26,063 nt of DNA. Origin: Propionibacteriaceae bacterium. GTDB taxonomy: Bacteria; Actinomycetota; Actinomycetes; Propionibacteriales; Propionibacteriaceae. Below the pieces are notes generated by a model, which saw only the letters and a list, made by a program, of their open reading frames with translations, had not been told where the DNA came from and did no database searches. Positions within the stretch are counted from its first letter, which is position 1, and every line of letters starts with the position of its first letter. The DNA lies in contig JAIRQE010000027.1 in assembly GCA_031256725.1 (NCBI GenBank), positions 1-26,063 of the forward strand. The letters are read 5' to 3'. The position numbers and the translations under genes are program-made. Positions 24,677 through 26,063 of the stretch are shown here, one piece after another.

Positions 24677-25591
24677 TCACTGGGGTTCCAGCGGTTGTTG
24701 TTGTGAATAATACAGGGTTTCGATCTCGTCTGGGGTGAGGTAGTCCAGGTATTCGTGGAGTCGTTGGGTGTTCCACCAGTGAACCCAGTCCAGGGTCGCG
24801 TCGAGGACGTCGGTCAGGGTCGCAAAGGGACCGTCCTGGGAGACACATTCGGTCTTGTAGAGACCATTGATGGTCTCAGCGAGGGCGTTATCGTAGGAGT
24901 CACCCACTGTCCCGAATGAGGGAATGATCCCTGCCAGGGCGAGTTGTTCACCGTAATGAATCGCAGTGTATTGACTTCCATGATCACCATGATGAATGAG
25001 TCCTGGGCTGATCGGGTGCCCATGGTGTTCCCGGTCAGCGAGCGCGAGGTGAAGAGTGTCGGAGACGAGTTTTTGGGTCATTTGTGACGCGGCGTGAACC
25101 GCAACGATTCGTCGGGAGAACACGTCAGTGATGAACGCTACATACACCCATCCTGACAGGGTGCGAACATAGGTGAGGTCTGCGACCCAGATCTGGTTCG
25201 GAGCCGAAGCAACGAACATCCTATTGACGAGGTCACCAGCAGTGGGTGTGGTTTTCCTGGTCGTGATGATGTGTCGCCCCCTCACGAGGCCTTTCATCTG
25301 GTCGACTCGCATGAGGCGCCCAATCTTGGACTCACAGGCTTCAAACCCTAGACGTCGCATCAGGGCCCACATTTTCCTGCGTCCATAGAATCGTTCCCTG
25401 GGTAGGCGACCATGCTCATCAACGGTTTCCCTGATGGTTCGCATCACATCAACAAGTTCGGCATCAATAATGGATCTGGTTGAGGGGGGACGTGTTTTGA
25501 ATGCCCGGTAGGTTCTCGCTGCGATCATGACCCCGTACTCGCGTAGTACTCGGCATATCGACTCGACTCGGAAACCTCTGGCCCTCATCAC
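24677..25591 (-). CDS. IS3-family transposase OrfB (DDE integrase core)
   Basis: IWVADLTYVRT...HHGDHGSQYTA...DNALAETINGLYKTE gives the D, D and E regions of the rve fold. The reading frame stays open upstream to about 25675, in -1 relative to orfA. Confidence 0.9.
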   Translation of the reverse strand: MMRARGFRVESICRVLREYGVMIAARTYRAFKTRPPSTRSIIDAELVDVMRTIRETVDEHGRLPRERFYGRRKMWALMRRLGFEACESKIGRLMRVDQMKGLVRGRHIITTRKTTPTAGDLVNRMFVASAPNQIWVADLTYVRTLSGWVYVAFITDVFSRRIVAVHAASQMTQKLVSDTLHLALADREHHGHPISPGLIHHGDHGSQYTAIHYGEQLALAGIIPSFGTVGDSYDNALAETINGLYKTECVSQDGPFATLTDVLDATLDWVHWWNTQRLHEYLDYLTPDEIETLYYSQQQPLEPQ

Positions 25592-25605
25592 ATCAATGAA
25601 CTCTA

Positions 25606-25941
25606 CTATTTTCGCTGTTGACCAGGGTCGAGTTCCCCGGCAAAGAAAATCGATGCTGCTTTCAGGATTTCGTTGGCTTCTTCAAGATCACGGACCTTGC
25701 GTTCCAACTCTTTAATCCTTGTCGACTCGGTTTGTTTCTCCACCTGAGCGATTCCTTCAGGGGTTCCCTCATCAAGCTGGGTTTGAACCCAACGACGCAA
25801 AGACTCACCCTTGACACCAACCTTGGGTCCAATAGCGAACGCAGCCTGATAGACAGAATCATATTCATCCAGGTGACTCAACACCATTTTAATGGCCCGA
25901 TCCCGGACCTGTGCAGGGTAACGACGTGGCATACCACTCAT
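25606..25941 (-). CDS. IS3-family transposase OrfA (HTH / leucine-zipper part)
   Basis: MSGMPRRYPAQVRDRAIKMV... (HTH) and IKELERKVRDLEEANEILKAASIFFAGELD (zipper and frameshift region). The TTG-initiated 151-aa version in the ORF track probably over-extends into the 5' UTR. Confidence 0.85.
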   Translation of the reverse strand: MSGMPRRYPAQVRDRAIKMVLSHLDEYDSVYQAAFAIGPKVGVKGESLRRWVQTQLDEGTPEGIAQVEKQTESTRIKELERKVRDLEEANEILKAASIFFAGELDPGQQRK

Positions 25942-26063
25942 CCTCTCTAGTCCGAAAATAACTGGTGTTTGGGCAGGGTTGTGTGTCTGGTGGGATGCAC
26001 CATTGTGGTTGTGATCGAGTGTTGTGTCAGTCTGTTTGTTGGAGGGTGACTGTGTATCCAAGT

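Larger units (their letters stand above)
24637..26063 (-). mobile_element. IS3-family insertion sequence, truncated by the window edge
   Basis: orfA and orfB are in -1 frame overlap. The putative terminus TGAACCGG... at about 24637 reads ...CCGGTTCA on the element strand, consistent with TG...CA ends. The other end lies beyond 26063, so the inverted repeats and target duplication cannot be verified. Confidence 0.8.

Noticed and set aside
24423-24848. 141-aa minus-strand ORF spanning the tatB 3' end and the IS end
   Set aside because: It crosses the IS boundary and is antisense to the Pro-rich tatB tail. The Pro/Gly/Arg-rich translation is typical of a shadow frame.
25942-26061. N-terminal 40 codons (TTG start) of the 151-aa orfA ORF
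   Set aside because: It is low-complexity (Thr/His/Asn/Gln) and lies upstream of the conserved MSGMPRRYP start, which has an adjacent GAGAGG. It is more likely the IS 5' untranslated or terminal region.
1-26063. Search for CRISPR arrays, tRNA/rRNA genes and riboswitch-like leaders
   Set aside because: I found no regularly spaced direct repeats, no cloverleaf-compatible GTTCGA-type T-arm context and no long structured leader by eye. Absence is not proven without running tRNAscan, Infernal or CRISPR finders.

Overview
The window looks like an actinobacterial chromosomal segment. I infer this by eye from roughly 50-57% GC in most genes, frequent GTG starts, LGGC/LGAC lipoboxes and a TatA/TatB/TatC set. 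No database search was possible.

Left to right:
- the end of a phosphate-uptake operon (pstS-pstC-pstA', minus strand)
- a large fused polytopic membrane protein
- a decayed Fic-domain pseudogene
- an EX7E (GT-B/GT4-like) glycosyltransferase
- a 556-bp non-coding gap
- envelope cassette 1 (peptidoglycan-binding HlyD-like adaptor, MacB-type ABC ATPase, FtsX permease, 4-Cys lipoprotein; minus strand)
- a hotdog-fold acyl-CoA thioesterase and a small lipoprotein
- a [NiFe]-hydrogenase maturation cluster, hypF-hypE-hypC-hypD (minus) divergent from hypA-hypB (plus), with no structural hydrogenase gene in the window
- tatA-tatC
- envelope cassette 2 (small secreted 2-Cys protein, 4-Cys lipoprotein, PG-binding adaptor, ABC ATPase, FtsX-like permease; minus strand)
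- tatB
- an IS3-family element that runs off the right edge

The best candidate for an undescribed system is the pair of paralogous envelope cassettes. They share a C-x4-G-motif lipoprotein, an adaptor motif (PLWRD..G..GPDV) and an arginine-rich ATPase tail (ERVRxRIxRxR). Cassette 2 additionally begins with a small exported protein, sits between tatAC and tatB, and lies next to the IS. All functional calls rest on motif recognition in the translated ORFs.
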